A DNA stretch of 64,000 nucleotides, taken from sequence record KP869102; one strand, written 5' to 3'. Positions 18,862 through 28,330 of the stretch are shown in pieces (position 1 is the stretch's first letter; each line of letters opens with the position of its first letter). The translations under genes were made by a program, and so were the position numbers. The DNA comes from Escherichia coli O157 typing phage 4. Below the pieces are notes generated by a model. The model worked only from the letters and a program-made list of their open reading frames with translations. It was not told the origin of the DNA and searched no databases.

Positions 18862-19117
18862 TCTTGCTAAACCTGTAGAAGCACACCAGTTTGACGGAAG
18901 CTCTTCATCAGTATCTGATCTGCAACGGTGGATTGATACAGGTGTGTTTACATCGTCACCTGTTCGGACCAGAGATCTTCGTCGTATGTGTGAGCTTGTA
19001 GAGCCGTTTGGTAACCTAGTCTTGTACCAGGGTGATTGGCTTGTTGATTTTATGGGGGACTGGTTGGTAATGAGTAAAGAAGAGATGTTTAAAATTTTTA
19101 AGGAAGAGGTAGAGTAA
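18848..19117 (+). CDS. hypothetical protein
   Basis: 89-aa ORF overlapping neighbours by a few nt. Confidence 0.4.
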   Translation: MPLFNLAKPVEAHQFDGSSSSVSDLQRWIDTGVFTSSPVRTRDLRRMCELVEPFGNLVLYQGDWLVDFMGDWLVMSKEEMFKIFKEEVE

Positions 19118-20400
19118 TGCATCAAATCAAAACAACACTGTACGCACTGAACAAAGATGGCAGCTACCAACAGTGGAAAGTATTCACGGATGGTGATAAG
19201 GTTATCGTAGAGTTTGGCAAGCTTGATGGTAAACTGCAATACAAAGAGACGATCTGCACACCTAAGAACGTAGGTCGTGCCAACGAGACTACAGCTGAGC
19301 AACAGGCCGAGCTTGAGGCTATCAGTAAGTGGGAAAAACAAGTCCGTCTGGGGTATGTTGAAAACATGGAAGATTGCGAGCAGGGTGTTGACCTTTTACC
19401 CATGCTGGTGCATGACTATCTGAAGCGTGGCAAGGCACTTAAATTACCTTGCTGGATCTTGCGTAAGTTAGATGGCCTTCGTCTGCTTGTTGTTTTCCAA
19501 AATGGTGAGCCTAAATTTATTTCCCGTGGTAATAAGTCCTACCCTATTCAAGGAAAGCTTTTAGAGCAACTTCGTTCTTTCCATTCTACCACTGGGATTA
19601 AACAACTTGATGGGGAACTATACATTCATGGTCTTCCTTTGCAGAAAATAGTGTCTCTTGCTAAACGGTGGCGCACACAGGAAGAGATTCAGGCCGAGAT
19701 CGATAAAGACTATGAGGCAGATAAAAAACGCCGTCATGCCGCAATTAAGGCAGGCTTATCAACATACAAAAACTTCAACAAGGTAGATATTCCTGTCGAT
19801 GTTGATCCTGTTCGTGATGATTTGCGTTACGGTGGGTACTGTAGCTACGATCTGGAGTATCACATTTTTGATATTCCTAGCGACAAGGTGTGGTGGGATC
19901 CAGAAACAGAGTCTGGACGCTGCAAGGATCTTATGGATGCAGAGGATACCGTTACCACTCTGATGCTTGACCATATCAAGGTTGTTGACGCAGAGCTTGC
20001 GTACACAGTTGATCATTGCGAAGAATCTGTTGGTATATTCATGTCCGAAGGATATGAAGGTACCATTATGCGTAACTTCTGTGGTAAATATGAGTACGGT
20101 CAGCGAACATCTGAAGCATTGAAATGGAAAAAGTTCAACGACGCAGAGGTGAAAGTTATTGACGTTGAGAAAGATAAGAATGATGAAGGTGTTCTTATCT
20201 GTGTTGACAAGGAAGGTATTGTTGTTAAAATGAAGATGAAAGGTACGCACGAGGAGCGTAGCTATGACAGAATGCAGGAAATGATCGGCAAGTTTGTCAC
20301 CTTCAAATATCAAGCAAGGACAGAAGACAACAACTACCAATTCCCTGTCGGTATCTGCGTCCGAAATGTTAACCCAGACACTTGGGAGGTGCTGGAATAA
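19117..20400 (+). CDS. ATP-dependent DNA ligase
   Basis: Adenylation motif I RKLDGLR (KxDG) and EGTIMR motif; 427 aa. Confidence 0.75.
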   Translation: MHQIKTTLYALNKDGSYQQWKVFTDGDKVIVEFGKLDGKLQYKETICTPKNVGRANETTAEQQAELEAISKWEKQVRLGYVENMEDCEQGVDLLPMLVHDYLKRGKALKLPCWILRKLDGLRLLVVFQNGEPKFISRGNKSYPIQGKLLEQLRSFHSTTGIKQLDGELYIHGLPLQKIVSLAKRWRTQEEIQAEIDKDYEADKKRRHAAIKAGLSTYKNFNKVDIPVDVDPVRDDLRYGGYCSYDLEYHIFDIPSDKVWWDPETESGRCKDLMDAEDTVTTLMLDHIKVVDAELAYTVDHCEESVGIFMSEGYEGTIMRNFCGKYEYGQRTSEALKWKKFNDAEVKVIDVEKDKNDEGVLICVDKEGIVVKMKMKGTHEERSYDRMQEMIGKFVTFKYQARTEDNNYQFPVGICVRNVNPDTWEVLE

Positions 20401-20542
20401 TTTAGGTATGTTTAGTAGCCAATTGAATAAGTGTTTTCAATTTGCACCTACATATGCCCTGATGTATGAACTGTGCAACCTAGCCACACCACACAGTGGT
20501 GCTGATCGGGGCTCGTTATGAGTGAACTGGAGAGTATGAAAA

Positions 20543-21013
20543 ATGAAACTTGATAAAAATGTTCAACGAAAGGCTTTCTTGGATATGATCGCATATTCGG
20601 AAGGCACAGATAATGGTAGACAACCTACCAAGGATCGGGGATACGATGTCATAGTCGGAGGCAAGCTGTTCAGCGATTACAGCAAGCATCCCGGTGTTTA
20701 CGTTAAGCTAAATGCTAAACTTACCTCCTCCGCTGCTGGGCGTTACCAGGTTTTGGAGAAGTTTGCTAAACACTACATGGAACAGTTAGGATTGCCAGAT
20801 TTTGGCCCTGCCAGTCAGGACAAGATTGCGTTGCAACTGATCCGTGAGTGCAAGGCTCTCGCCGACATTGACGAAGGGCGTATCCACGAGGCTATCCATA
20901 AATGCCGTTCCCGCTGGGCTTCGTTACCTGGTGCTGGATATGGTCAGCATGAACAGAAGATCGAGAAGTTGATCGAGGTGTTTAAAAAGGCAGGCGGTGT
21001 TGTCCTTGATTGA
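20543..21013 (+). CDS. endolysin, lambda R-type lytic transglycosylase
   Basis: Near-colinear similarity to lambda R recalled from memory (QRKAFLDMIAYSEGTDNGRQ, GRYQ, WASLPGAGYGQHE, FKKAGG). Confidence 0.85.
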   Translation: MKLDKNVQRKAFLDMIAYSEGTDNGRQPTKDRGYDVIVGGKLFSDYSKHPGVYVKLNAKLTSSAAGRYQVLEKFAKHYMEQLGLPDFGPASQDKIALQLIRECKALADIDEGRIHEAIHKCRSRWASLPGAGYGQHEQKIEKLIEVFKKAGGVVLD

Positions 21014-21076
21014 TCATTGACATAACCACACGGACGTGGTATTGTTACCTCATAAAATGTTTAGGAGGGTTTAACC

Positions 21077-21283
21077 ATGAAAGATTTTCTGTTGGCAATT
21101 TTGTTCATGGCCGCATGTCTGGCCTGTGGTGTCGTGTTTGCAGGTGAAACAGCGTATCTTGTCGATGTATACCGGGACAATGGTAAACGTATTTGCCTTT
21201 ATGAGACAAGCCAAGGTGAGCTCTACGAGCTTGTGAAACAAGGTGAGGCAGGTTCCTGCCCTCGCACCCATTTCTTTGAATGA
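21077..21283 (+). CDS. small secreted or membrane-anchored protein
   Basis: N-terminal hydrophobic segment LLAILFMAACLACG; 68 aa. Confidence 0.35.
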   Translation: MKDFLLAILFMAACLACGVVFAGETAYLVDVYRDNGKRICLYETSQGELYELVKQGEAGSCPRTHFFE

Positions 21284-21311
21284 GGGAGAACACGTGGAAG
21301 ACGGACGTTTA

Positions 21312-21758
21312 ATGAAGTCTGAACGCAGGCTTATTGTGCAACTGATCCCAGAAACAGCTTGGTATAATAACCTCCGAAACGCTGTGAAGAAGGGTGAGTG
21401 GGATAAGATCCGCAAGAAGTGCTATAGAGAAGCCAACTACACCTGTGAGGTGTGCGGCGGTAAAGGCAGCAAACACCCAGTGGAGTGTCATGAACTTTAC
21501 ACTTTCGAAGAGGGAGTGATCCGGCTTGTCGGACTGATAGCGTTGTGCCCAGATTGTCACACATCGGTGCATCCTGGGTTAGCAAATATCCGTGGAAAGT
21601 ATGCTCAGGCAGTTAATCAGTTGGCTAAGGTGAATAAGATCACCAAAGGTATGGCAGAGGCGTATTACCGAGACTGCTTTGCAGAGTGGCGTGAGCTTAG
21701 TAAAGTTCCAGAATGGAAGACTGACTTTTCGTGGATAGAGGGTTACCTTGATGGCTAA
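21312..21758 (+). CDS. putative HNH-type nuclease
   Basis: CEVCG...ECHELY...CPDCH zinc/HNH-like arrangement; start trimmed to ATG 21312. Confidence 0.45.
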   Translation: MKSERRLIVQLIPETAWYNNLRNAVKKGEWDKIRKKCYREANYTCEVCGGKGSKHPVECHELYTFEEGVIRLVGLIALCPDCHTSVHPGLANIRGKYAQAVNQLAKVNKITKGMAEAYYRDCFAEWRELSKVPEWKTDFSWIEGYLDG

Positions 21759-22041
21759 GAGACCTGTAAAAGAGAAATTTGATAAGACAGCTTTTGTATT
21801 CGATACACCTTTGGACGATATCATCAGAGGTATGCAAGCTTTGTATCGGAAGGCTGAATCGGAGCAGCTGTCAGAATCAGAGCTTTACTGGTTGGGTTGG
21901 TGGGAGCTTAATCTACCTAAAGCTGAAAGATCTGATCTAAAAACCGTTAAAACGTGTGCCCAAGAAAATGCTGCACTTGGAATTTACCACAAAAGAAAAA
22001 GATCAACAAAAAGCTCTCCAAGAAAGACTAAAAAGTCTTGA
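21748..22041 (+). CDS. hypothetical protein
   Basis: 97-aa ORF with basic C-terminus. Confidence 0.35.
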   Translation: MMAKRPVKEKFDKTAFVFDTPLDDIIRGMQALYRKAESEQLSESELYWLGWWELNLPKAERSDLKTVKTCAQENAALGIYHKRKRSTKSSPRKTKKS

Positions 22042-22067
22042 CAAATGAGTCTCTGATCTGATATTAT
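22038..22067 (+). promoter_or_regulatory. sigma70-like promoter
   Basis: TTGACA - 18 nt - TATTAT upstream of gene at 22101. Confidence 0.5.
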
Positions 22068-22100
22068 CAGTTAACTATTTATTAACTAGGAGAACTAGGT

Positions 22101-22409
22101 ATGCTTAAAATTTTCATTGTTGAAGATAAAGATATCGTCCAGTTGTATGCAAATGAGAATCACAAAGGTATGATTCTGAAGAAGGCAAAAAACCTTCATG
22201 AAAACACAATTCAACCGGGCGATGTAATTAAGATCTGTGGTTATATGATACCAGACTCCTTGATGAAAATAACCTACCACTGGGGGTCTAATCCGTTCCT
22301 TTTTGAAAAGTATTGGGATGTTGAGTCACTTATTGCAGAGAGTGATGATGCATTCCATTACAGCATCCAACCATCTTGCAGAATAACTAACAGGAGGGTC
22401 TTTGAGTAG
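22101..22409 (+). CDS. hypothetical protein
   Basis: 102-aa ORF with AGGAG RBS. Confidence 0.4.
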   Translation: MLKIFIVEDKDIVQLYANENHKGMILKKAKNLHENTIQPGDVIKICGYMIPDSLMKITYHWGSNPFLFEKYWDVESLIAESDDAFHYSIQPSCRITNRRVFE

Positions 22410-23541
22410 AGAATATCCACTTATTGAGTCCATAGATTGTCTGGCTGATCTTCTTGAACCTGACGCTATAGTTTATTATGACTTCGATCAGGTTGCATAT
22501 CAAGCTGCAGCAAGTTGTGAAAAAAGGACAATTGAGGTAACACACAAAGCCTCCGGACGTAAGAAGATGTTTAAAACACGAACAGAGTTCTGGGGGCGGC
22601 AGAAGAACACCGTTGGTGGTTGGTTAAAAGCTGAGAATACCAACCGTGAAGCTGCATGTAAAAAGGCTGGCAAGGAGTTTATTCCGTGGACACGGGAAGA
22701 TTTCGATGTCTTGGATATCCAAACCCCTGATCCTGTAGAGAACTGCTTGCACACAATTAAGTGTAAAGCTAATGCAGTCCTTAATTATCTCGGTATTCCG
22801 GAAGATCGGTGCGTGGGGGTACTTGGAGGCACAGGTAATTTCAGACTAGATCTTCCCATGCCGGAAAGATATAAAGCCAACCGTAACAATACTCTTCGAC
22901 CACTGCTGCTTGGAGATGCAAGACAGTATCTCCAAAAGCAGTATAATGCTCAAGTGATCAACGGTATCGAGGCTGATGACTGGTTAGCTATCCAGCAATT
23001 TGAAGGTTGGAACCACTACCAAAAAACAGGTAAGTTCAACAAGTTTATTATCTCTATTGATAAGGACCAAAGAACACTACCGGGGCTTGTGTTCGATCCC
23101 ATGCGAAACGATAAGGGAGATTTTGTAAGGGAAACCCCTATGCTGATCGATAACGGTATGGGTAACATCTTCATGAAGCCTAATGGAGAGGTTGGTGGTT
23201 ACGGAATGCTGTTCTTCGGATACCAAATGCTGTGTGGTGACTCTGCTGACAACATCAAGCCGTATCAAGGACTTATCGGTAAGGGTAAGTTCGGGGATGC
23301 CTCAGCATTCTACCTGCTGTCTCAGTGCAGCACTCCAAAGGAGATGTGGGTGGCTATTATTGATCAGTACAAGAAGTGGTTCCCGAAAGGTGTTGTTAAG
23401 TATACTGATTTCAATGGTATTGATCGTAGAATTTCCGTAGGTCAGTGGATGAGTATAATTTTTGACTGTTTGTATATGAAGCGAACATTCAATGATCAAA
23501 CAAAACTTGTTAACGTTCTTAGAAATGTTGGAGCAATTTGA
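22402..23541 (+). CDS. 5-prime-3-prime exonuclease / flap endonuclease
   Basis: GIEADDWLA motif typical of FEN/Pol I 5-prime nuclease family; 379 aa. Confidence 0.55.
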   Translation: MSREYPLIESIDCLADLLEPDAIVYYDFDQVAYQAAASCEKRTIEVTHKASGRKKMFKTRTEFWGRQKNTVGGWLKAENTNREAACKKAGKEFIPWTREDFDVLDIQTPDPVENCLHTIKCKANAVLNYLGIPEDRCVGVLGGTGNFRLDLPMPERYKANRNNTLRPLLLGDARQYLQKQYNAQVINGIEADDWLAIQQFEGWNHYQKTGKFNKFIISIDKDQRTLPGLVFDPMRNDKGDFVRETPMLIDNGMGNIFMKPNGEVGGYGMLFFGYQMLCGDSADNIKPYQGLIGKGKFGDASAFYLLSQCSTPKEMWVAIIDQYKKWFPKGVVKYTDFNGIDRRISVGQWMSIIFDCLYMKRTFNDQTKLVNVLRNVGAI

Positions 23542-23873
23542 TGACTAAAAACTCTGTAGATAGTGCAATTATGGAAGCTGTTTTTGAGGATGATCATACA
23601 ACAGGGGCCCTTAAAACAAAAAATACATTCGTTGTTGCCACAGGTATGTGGCGGTTGTATGAAGATGACACCATTTCATACATCCTGTACACAGATGATT
23701 ACGCAGATGACCGTGTATGGTCTGCTGTTTTAAAAGAGGATTGTGAGTTGATTGAGGGCGAGCGGTTATGCATGTTCACCAGTGTGGAAACAGATGTTAA
23801 GCTTTGCTCTCTCGTCTTGTTCAAAGATAAGGCTTATGCTCCTGATGAAGGAGAGGAGGATGAGGAAGCATGA
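23538..23873 (+). CDS. hypothetical acidic protein
   Basis: 111-aa ORF, ATGA overlap with upstream gene. Confidence 0.4.
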   Translation: MMTKNSVDSAIMEAVFEDDHTTGALKTKNTFVVATGMWRLYEDDTISYILYTDDYADDRVWSAVLKEDCELIEGERLCMFTSVETDVKLCSLVLFKDKAYAPDEGEEDEEA

Positions 23874-24499
23874 GAGAGCGTCTATTATCCATAGACCAGT
23901 CGTTGACACACACAGCTTGCGTTGTATGGGACGATGGAAAGCCTGTTCACAAGGTTGTGTTACGAACTCAAAGCTCATCTGCAAAAGAGAAGAAACCAGG
24001 GACGGTTTCTTTTGCAACAGCTGCTGAGCGTATTGACTGGATCTGCAAACAGGTCAGATATTATATCCACACGCACGGCGTTGACACCGTGGTTATGGAA
24101 GGGCTTTCCTTTGGATCACGCGGGGATGCCACACGTGAACTGGCTGGGTTGTTTTACGGTCTTGAAGTTATGCTTTGGGATGCTTTGGCTGATTGTGAAA
24201 ATGACGGCCTGTTTAAGGTCCACACAGTGACACCAACAACTGCCAAAAAGTTTGCTCGTAGTCATCTTCCTGAGGAACTTGCTTTTGAGGAGAAGAAAAA
24301 GCTTGACAAAAAGACAGGTAAAGAGCATACTGTGAAGAAACCTGTTACGATGGATAAAAAGTTGATGGTTAAGGCCTGCGAAGTATCTGAACCTGGGTTC
24401 CTAGACGGGATCAATTTGGTACAAGGTAAGGCCGATCTCGCAGATGCTTATTGGATAGGCAGGGCGCATCTGGAGGGATTATCGCAAAGCGTAAAATAA
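23870..24499 (+). CDS. RuvC-like Holliday junction resolvase
   Basis: LSIDQSLTHTACVVW (catalytic Asp) and MEGLSFGSRGDA segments resemble RuvC fold motifs. Confidence 0.5.
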   Translation: MRERLLSIDQSLTHTACVVWDDGKPVHKVVLRTQSSSAKEKKPGTVSFATAAERIDWICKQVRYYIHTHGVDTVVMEGLSFGSRGDATRELAGLFYGLEVMLWDALADCENDGLFKVHTVTPTTAKKFARSHLPEELAFEEKKKLDKKTGKEHTVKKPVTMDKKLMVKACEVSEPGFLDGINLVQGKADLADAYWIGRAHLEGLSQSVK

Positions 24500-25056
24500 G
24501 AAAGAAAGCTGTCAAAGCACCCGTTCATAACGGGTGGCTAAAAGATTCTAAGGACATAGCCAACTTTCGAAAAGAATTGTCAGAGGAGCAGGATGGTCTT
24601 GATCCGATCTTGTGCGAGCCACTTCGTAAGCCTTGTTTAGATCATGATCATCTGACTGGTCGTTGCAGGGGTGTTTTGTCTCAGTGCACTAATACCTTTG
24701 AGGGGTATGTGCTTAAATACTGGATGAAATACTGTAACGAGTATACAGATTGCAGTTTATCAGAGGCGTTGCGCCGGATGGCTGACTATTTGGAGAAAGA
24801 CTACAGCGACTTCCCGCTCCACAAAAACTACAGAGATGATATGACAAAGTTCTTGAGGAGATGCTCTAAAGCTACGATCATTGCACGAGCAGAATCAGAT
24901 CTCAATCTTGTCATTAATCCAGAGTGCACCAAGCATGAGGCTATTGAGCTCTACATGCAGGAGTTTATAAAGAAAACTGAGGAGAGAGATTTCTATGGGG
25001 ATGAAAAAGGTATTCAATCCTTGCGACTCAGTCCTGATCAGGATGAAATACCGTAA
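24451..25056 (+). CDS. endonuclease VII-family protein
   Basis: CLDHDHLTGRCRGVLSQCTN motif; 49-nt overlap with upstream gene suggests a later non-ATG start. Confidence 0.5.
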   Translation: MDRQGASGGIIAKRKIRKKAVKAPVHNGWLKDSKDIANFRKELSEEQDGLDPILCEPLRKPCLDHDHLTGRCRGVLSQCTNTFEGYVLKYWMKYCNEYTDCSLSEALRRMADYLEKDYSDFPLHKNYRDDMTKFLRRCSKATIIARAESDLNLVINPECTKHEAIELYMQEFIKKTEERDFYGDEKGIQSLRLSPDQDEIP

Positions 25057-25216
25057 CTGGAAAGGTGTTGTTGCAGATCGCTGCGTTACTGAGCCCAATT
25101 TATGGTTTGGCTCTACAGAGTATCATAAAGAAGAGCAGTGGTTGATGCGTGCCTTCGATGTAGACAAGGGCGAATATCGTGACTTCGCTTTAAAAGACAT
25201 TCTTCAGTTTTACTAA
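25043..25216 (+). CDS. hypothetical protein
   Basis: Short ORF from internal ATG of track ORF 24995..25216. Confidence 0.3.
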   Translation: MKYRNWKGVVADRCVTEPNLWFGSTEYHKEEQWLMRAFDVDKGEYRDFALKDILQFY

Positions 25217-25228
25217 GGAATCTTAACG

Positions 25229-26212
25229 ATGATGACAAAGTTAACTCTTGAGCAAATTTTAACACTAAAGCAACAAGGATACACTAATAGACAAATTGCT
25301 CGTGAATTTTTAGGCCGTGAGTCACGTGAGAGCTGGATCCGACTACAGCTTAAACGTGCACAAGAGAATATGTCAGAGATTGTAGGAGAAGCAACGGAGC
25401 GCTTCCTTGAAGAGCACAAAGGTGCTAAAGTTTGGGTGTATGATACAGAGACATCCCCAACAAACGGCTGGTTCTTTGGGCACTATAAGACCAACATTCA
25501 AACCTGTGGTATTGAAGTTATGCCCTATATGCTAACTTTCGCAGGTAAGTGGTTAGACAGCCCTAGTGTGGTTGACTGCGCTCTTCCAGATTACAAAATG
25601 TGGGATGAGGATATTCACAATGATCTCGAATTGATTCAGGATTTGTGGTATTATCTGGATAAATGCGATGTCGCAGTAGCCCACAATTCAGGTTTTGACT
25701 GCGGGTGGGCCAACCAACGATTTGCATTTCACGGGTTGCCTCCAACAAGCCCCTACAAAGATGTTGACACCCTTAAAATGATCAAAAAGGCATTCCGTTT
25801 GAATGCAAACACTTTGGAGTATGCATGCAAATACTTCCAACTGGCCCGACAGAAACTTATTGATCACACATTTGAAATGTGGATCAAGTGTGTCCATGGT
25901 GATCTTGAGGCATTTAAACAGATGCGGGAGTATAATGTTGGTGATATCCTGTCTCTGGAAGGACTGTATTTGCTGGCTCGCCCGTTTGCTAAGCAGCACC
26001 CAAACATGTCATTGTACTACCAGGACGAGGAGCCAAAGGTTCGTTGCCCACGCTGTGGTGGAGAACACCTTCACGAGGAAGAAGCTTTGGCATATACTCA
26101 GCTGAGTGCATTTAAAACATACCGCTGTGAAGGTTGTGGATCTGTTGTTCGTGATCGTAACAACATCCGTACCCGAGAAGAGATGAAAAACACCCTGATT
26201 CAGATAATCTAA
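25229..26212 (+). CDS. DnaQ-like 3-prime-5-prime exonuclease with N-terminal HTH
   Basis: Exo I VYDTETS and Exo II HNSGFD motifs; C-terminal zinc ribbon CPRCG...CEGCG. Confidence 0.65.
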   Translation: MMTKLTLEQILTLKQQGYTNRQIAREFLGRESRESWIRLQLKRAQENMSEIVGEATERFLEEHKGAKVWVYDTETSPTNGWFFGHYKTNIQTCGIEVMPYMLTFAGKWLDSPSVVDCALPDYKMWDEDIHNDLELIQDLWYYLDKCDVAVAHNSGFDCGWANQRFAFHGLPPTSPYKDVDTLKMIKKAFRLNANTLEYACKYFQLARQKLIDHTFEMWIKCVHGDLEAFKQMREYNVGDILSLEGLYLLARPFAKQHPNMSLYYQDEEPKVRCPRCGGEHLHEEEALAYTQLSAFKTYRCEGCGSVVRDRNNIRTREEMKNTLIQII

Positions 26213-26220
26213 CAAGTATA

Positions 26221-26245
26221 GGGAGGCGCAAGCCTCCCTTTTCCT
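26221..26245 (+). terminator. rho-independent terminator
   Basis: GGAGGC-GCAA-GCCTCC hairpin followed by T-rich run. Confidence 0.7.
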
Positions 26246-26257
26246 TTTGGAGGCACT

Positions 26258-27076
26258 TTGAGTAAGAAAGAGTCCAACGACAAATATTACACAAACCCTG
26301 AGTATGCAGAATATCTTGTTGGTAAAGTAAAAGATAAGTATGGGAATTGTGCATACGTTGAGCCTTCTGCTGGAAGAGGTTCTTTTTCAAAACTATTTTC
26401 AGAGATACTGTCGTACGATTTAGTACCAGATCCTGAATTTGAAGGACCAACACCGTGCATTCAGGCAAACTTCTTGGAGGTGCACCCCAAGGCAGATGTC
26501 TTCATAGGTAACCCACCGTTTGGTAAGAATTCATCTTTAGCTTGCAAATTCTTTAACCATTGTGCATCATTGCTAGAGCTTGGCGGGGCTATAGCCTTCA
26601 TCTTGCCACGGACATTTGAAAAAATATTTTTTTCAAACAAACTGGACATGTCTATGCACCTTGTCTACAGCGAAAGGTGCCCTAAGAACTCGTTTTTACT
26701 TAATGGCAAACCTTATGACGTGCCATGTGTTTTCCAAATTTGGGAGAAAAAGGCGTGCAATAGGGATCCTGTAGATATTGGAGAGAATAAGTTATTTTCT
26801 TTTAGCACACCGGATGACTACGACTTCTGTGTAAGACGTGTTGGGTATAACGCTGGAAAAGTATTGGGTGATGATGATCCAAAATCTGAAGAATCTACAT
26901 ATTTCATAAAATCTTTAGTTGACGGTGTTGACAGAGTGTTTGCTGAATGCTATTCTTCTTTTCAAGAAGAAGCAGGTAAGACTGCTGGAATGAAGAGTAT
27001 AGGCAAGAAAGAACTACAATACATTTTGGAGACCCGGTATGATCAAAAGCATAGACTTGACCAAAGAACTTACTGA
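26258..27076 (+). CDS. DNA N6-adenine methyltransferase
   Basis: Motif I EPSAGRGSF and motif IV IGNPPFG; apparent TTG start. Confidence 0.7.
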   Translation: MSKKESNDKYYTNPEYAEYLVGKVKDKYGNCAYVEPSAGRGSFSKLFSEILSYDLVPDPEFEGPTPCIQANFLEVHPKADVFIGNPPFGKNSSLACKFFNHCASLLELGGAIAFILPRTFEKIFFSNKLDMSMHLVYSERCPKNSFLLNGKPYDVPCVFQIWEKKACNRDPVDIGENKLFSFSTPDDYDFCVRRVGYNAGKVLGDDDPKSEESTYFIKSLVDGVDRVFAECYSSFQEEAGKTAGMKSIGKKELQYILETRYDQKHRLDQRTY

Positions 27077-27497
27077 TGCAAAAGCTTTTGGTGAGACAGC
27101 GGTACAAAGAGGCCAGGCTATGGGACTGGCACTACCTTTCGTCTTAAAAGAGCACTTTACAGATTTTCAACTTATCAAGGGTGATAAGGGAATTCTTATC
27201 CTGGAGCATAAGTTGAGTAAGAAACGCTATAAAGTTGTTTTTAATTCTAAAGCTCCAACAAAACTGGGATTCAGAACTTACAATCTTAACCCATCCTACA
27301 CTAAGGGTGTAGGAAGAGTAGAACAACAGCATTTCAGTGCTAGAGCTTCTTTAGCTCCCTTGATGCTAAATTTTTCAGGGGTGGCTTTAGGATACCTTGA
27401 CAAGAAAAGAGTTCTTCATGTCCGTTTCACAGACTTTGTAACGCTTTTAGCTAACAATGAGGTAGATGAAAAGGGACGTGTAAAAACAAACTTCTAA
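27039..27497 (+). CDS. hypothetical protein
   Basis: 152-aa ORF. Confidence 0.4.
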   Translation: MIKSIDLTKELTDAKAFGETAVQRGQAMGLALPFVLKEHFTDFQLIKGDKGILILEHKLSKKRYKVVFNSKAPTKLGFRTYNLNPSYTKGVGRVEQQHFSARASLAPLMLNFSGVALGYLDKKRVLHVRFTDFVTLLANNEVDEKGRVKTNF

Positions 27498-27512
27498 TAA
27501 CGCATAGTATGA

Positions 27513-27716
27513 TTGGAGACCGCAATGACACTAAAGTTAACAGTTCCAGACAGCTTTTCAGAAAACTTTATCCCAGAAATGATGGATAAGATGCGATCAT
27601 TGCTTGATCAGATTGAAGAGGCTGTTTGGGAAGACGATGCTGTAGTGGCTAACGAGCTGGTAGATAAGTGTAAAAGTATTATTGATGCAGTTGAAGAATA
27701 CCACGGAGGTTTTTGA
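27513..27716 (+). CDS. hypothetical acidic protein
   Basis: 67-aa ORF. Confidence 0.4.
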   Translation: METAMTLKLTVPDSFSENFIPEMMDKMRSLLDQIEEAVWEDDAVVANELVDKCKSIIDAVEEYHGGF

Positions 27717-28330
27717 TGGATATTATTGTTCTTAACGCCCCACCTAGTAGTGGTAAGGATCACATTGCAGATCTCTTGTTGGAAGCTATTCCTAACTCAC
27801 ACCATCGTGAGGTTAAGGAGATGCTCTTCAGCGTGGCAATTAAGGCAGCTGGTGTAACTCCTCAACTCTGGAATGCACTTTATGACCGCCACTACAAAGA
27901 AGAGCCTTGCCCTTTCTTAATGATAGACGGTAAGCATGTTTCTCCGCGAGAGTGGATGATCCATTGTAGTGAAAATCTGATTAAACCTATCTTTGGTGAA
28001 GATGCTTTCGGTAAGGCCGCAGTCACATCCTTGAAGAAAGATTTCCCTAAAGGTAAAGGGGTTGTTGTTTACTCCGATGGTGGATTCAAAGAGGAGCTGG
28101 CATGCCTTAGTGAGTACGCATACAGCACAGGTGGAGATCTGTTGTTGTTCCGTATTCACCGTGTTGGATATGACTGGGGAAATGATTCCAGAACCTATCT
28201 AAGTCTGGAAAAGAACGGAATAAAAGGGATTGAGTTCGATGTTGTAAATCCTGAAGGTGCACCTTGGGAATGTGCATCGGAGATTGTGTGCAAGTATATT
28301 GATGCTAAAGAGGCCCAAGAAGAATGTTAA
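27713..28330 (+). CDS. putative deoxynucleoside monophosphate kinase
   Basis: N-terminal P-loop NAPPSSGKD; 205 aa. Confidence 0.5.
   Translation: MMDIIVLNAPPSSGKDHIADLLLEAIPNSHHREVKEMLFSVAIKAAGVTPQLWNALYDRHYKEEPCPFLMIDGKHVSPREWMIHCSENLIKPIFGEDAFGKAAVTSLKKDFPKGKGVVVYSDGGFKEELACLSEYAYSTGGDLLLFRIHRVGYDWGNDSRTYLSLEKNGIKGIEFDVVNPEGAPWECASEIVCKYIDAKEAQEEC

Noticed and set aside
19759-20340. 193-aa minus-strand ORF
   Set aside because: Lies antisense inside the well-supported DNA ligase gene (KxDG motif on the plus strand); composition is Phe/Cys/Val-rich as expected for an antisense frame.
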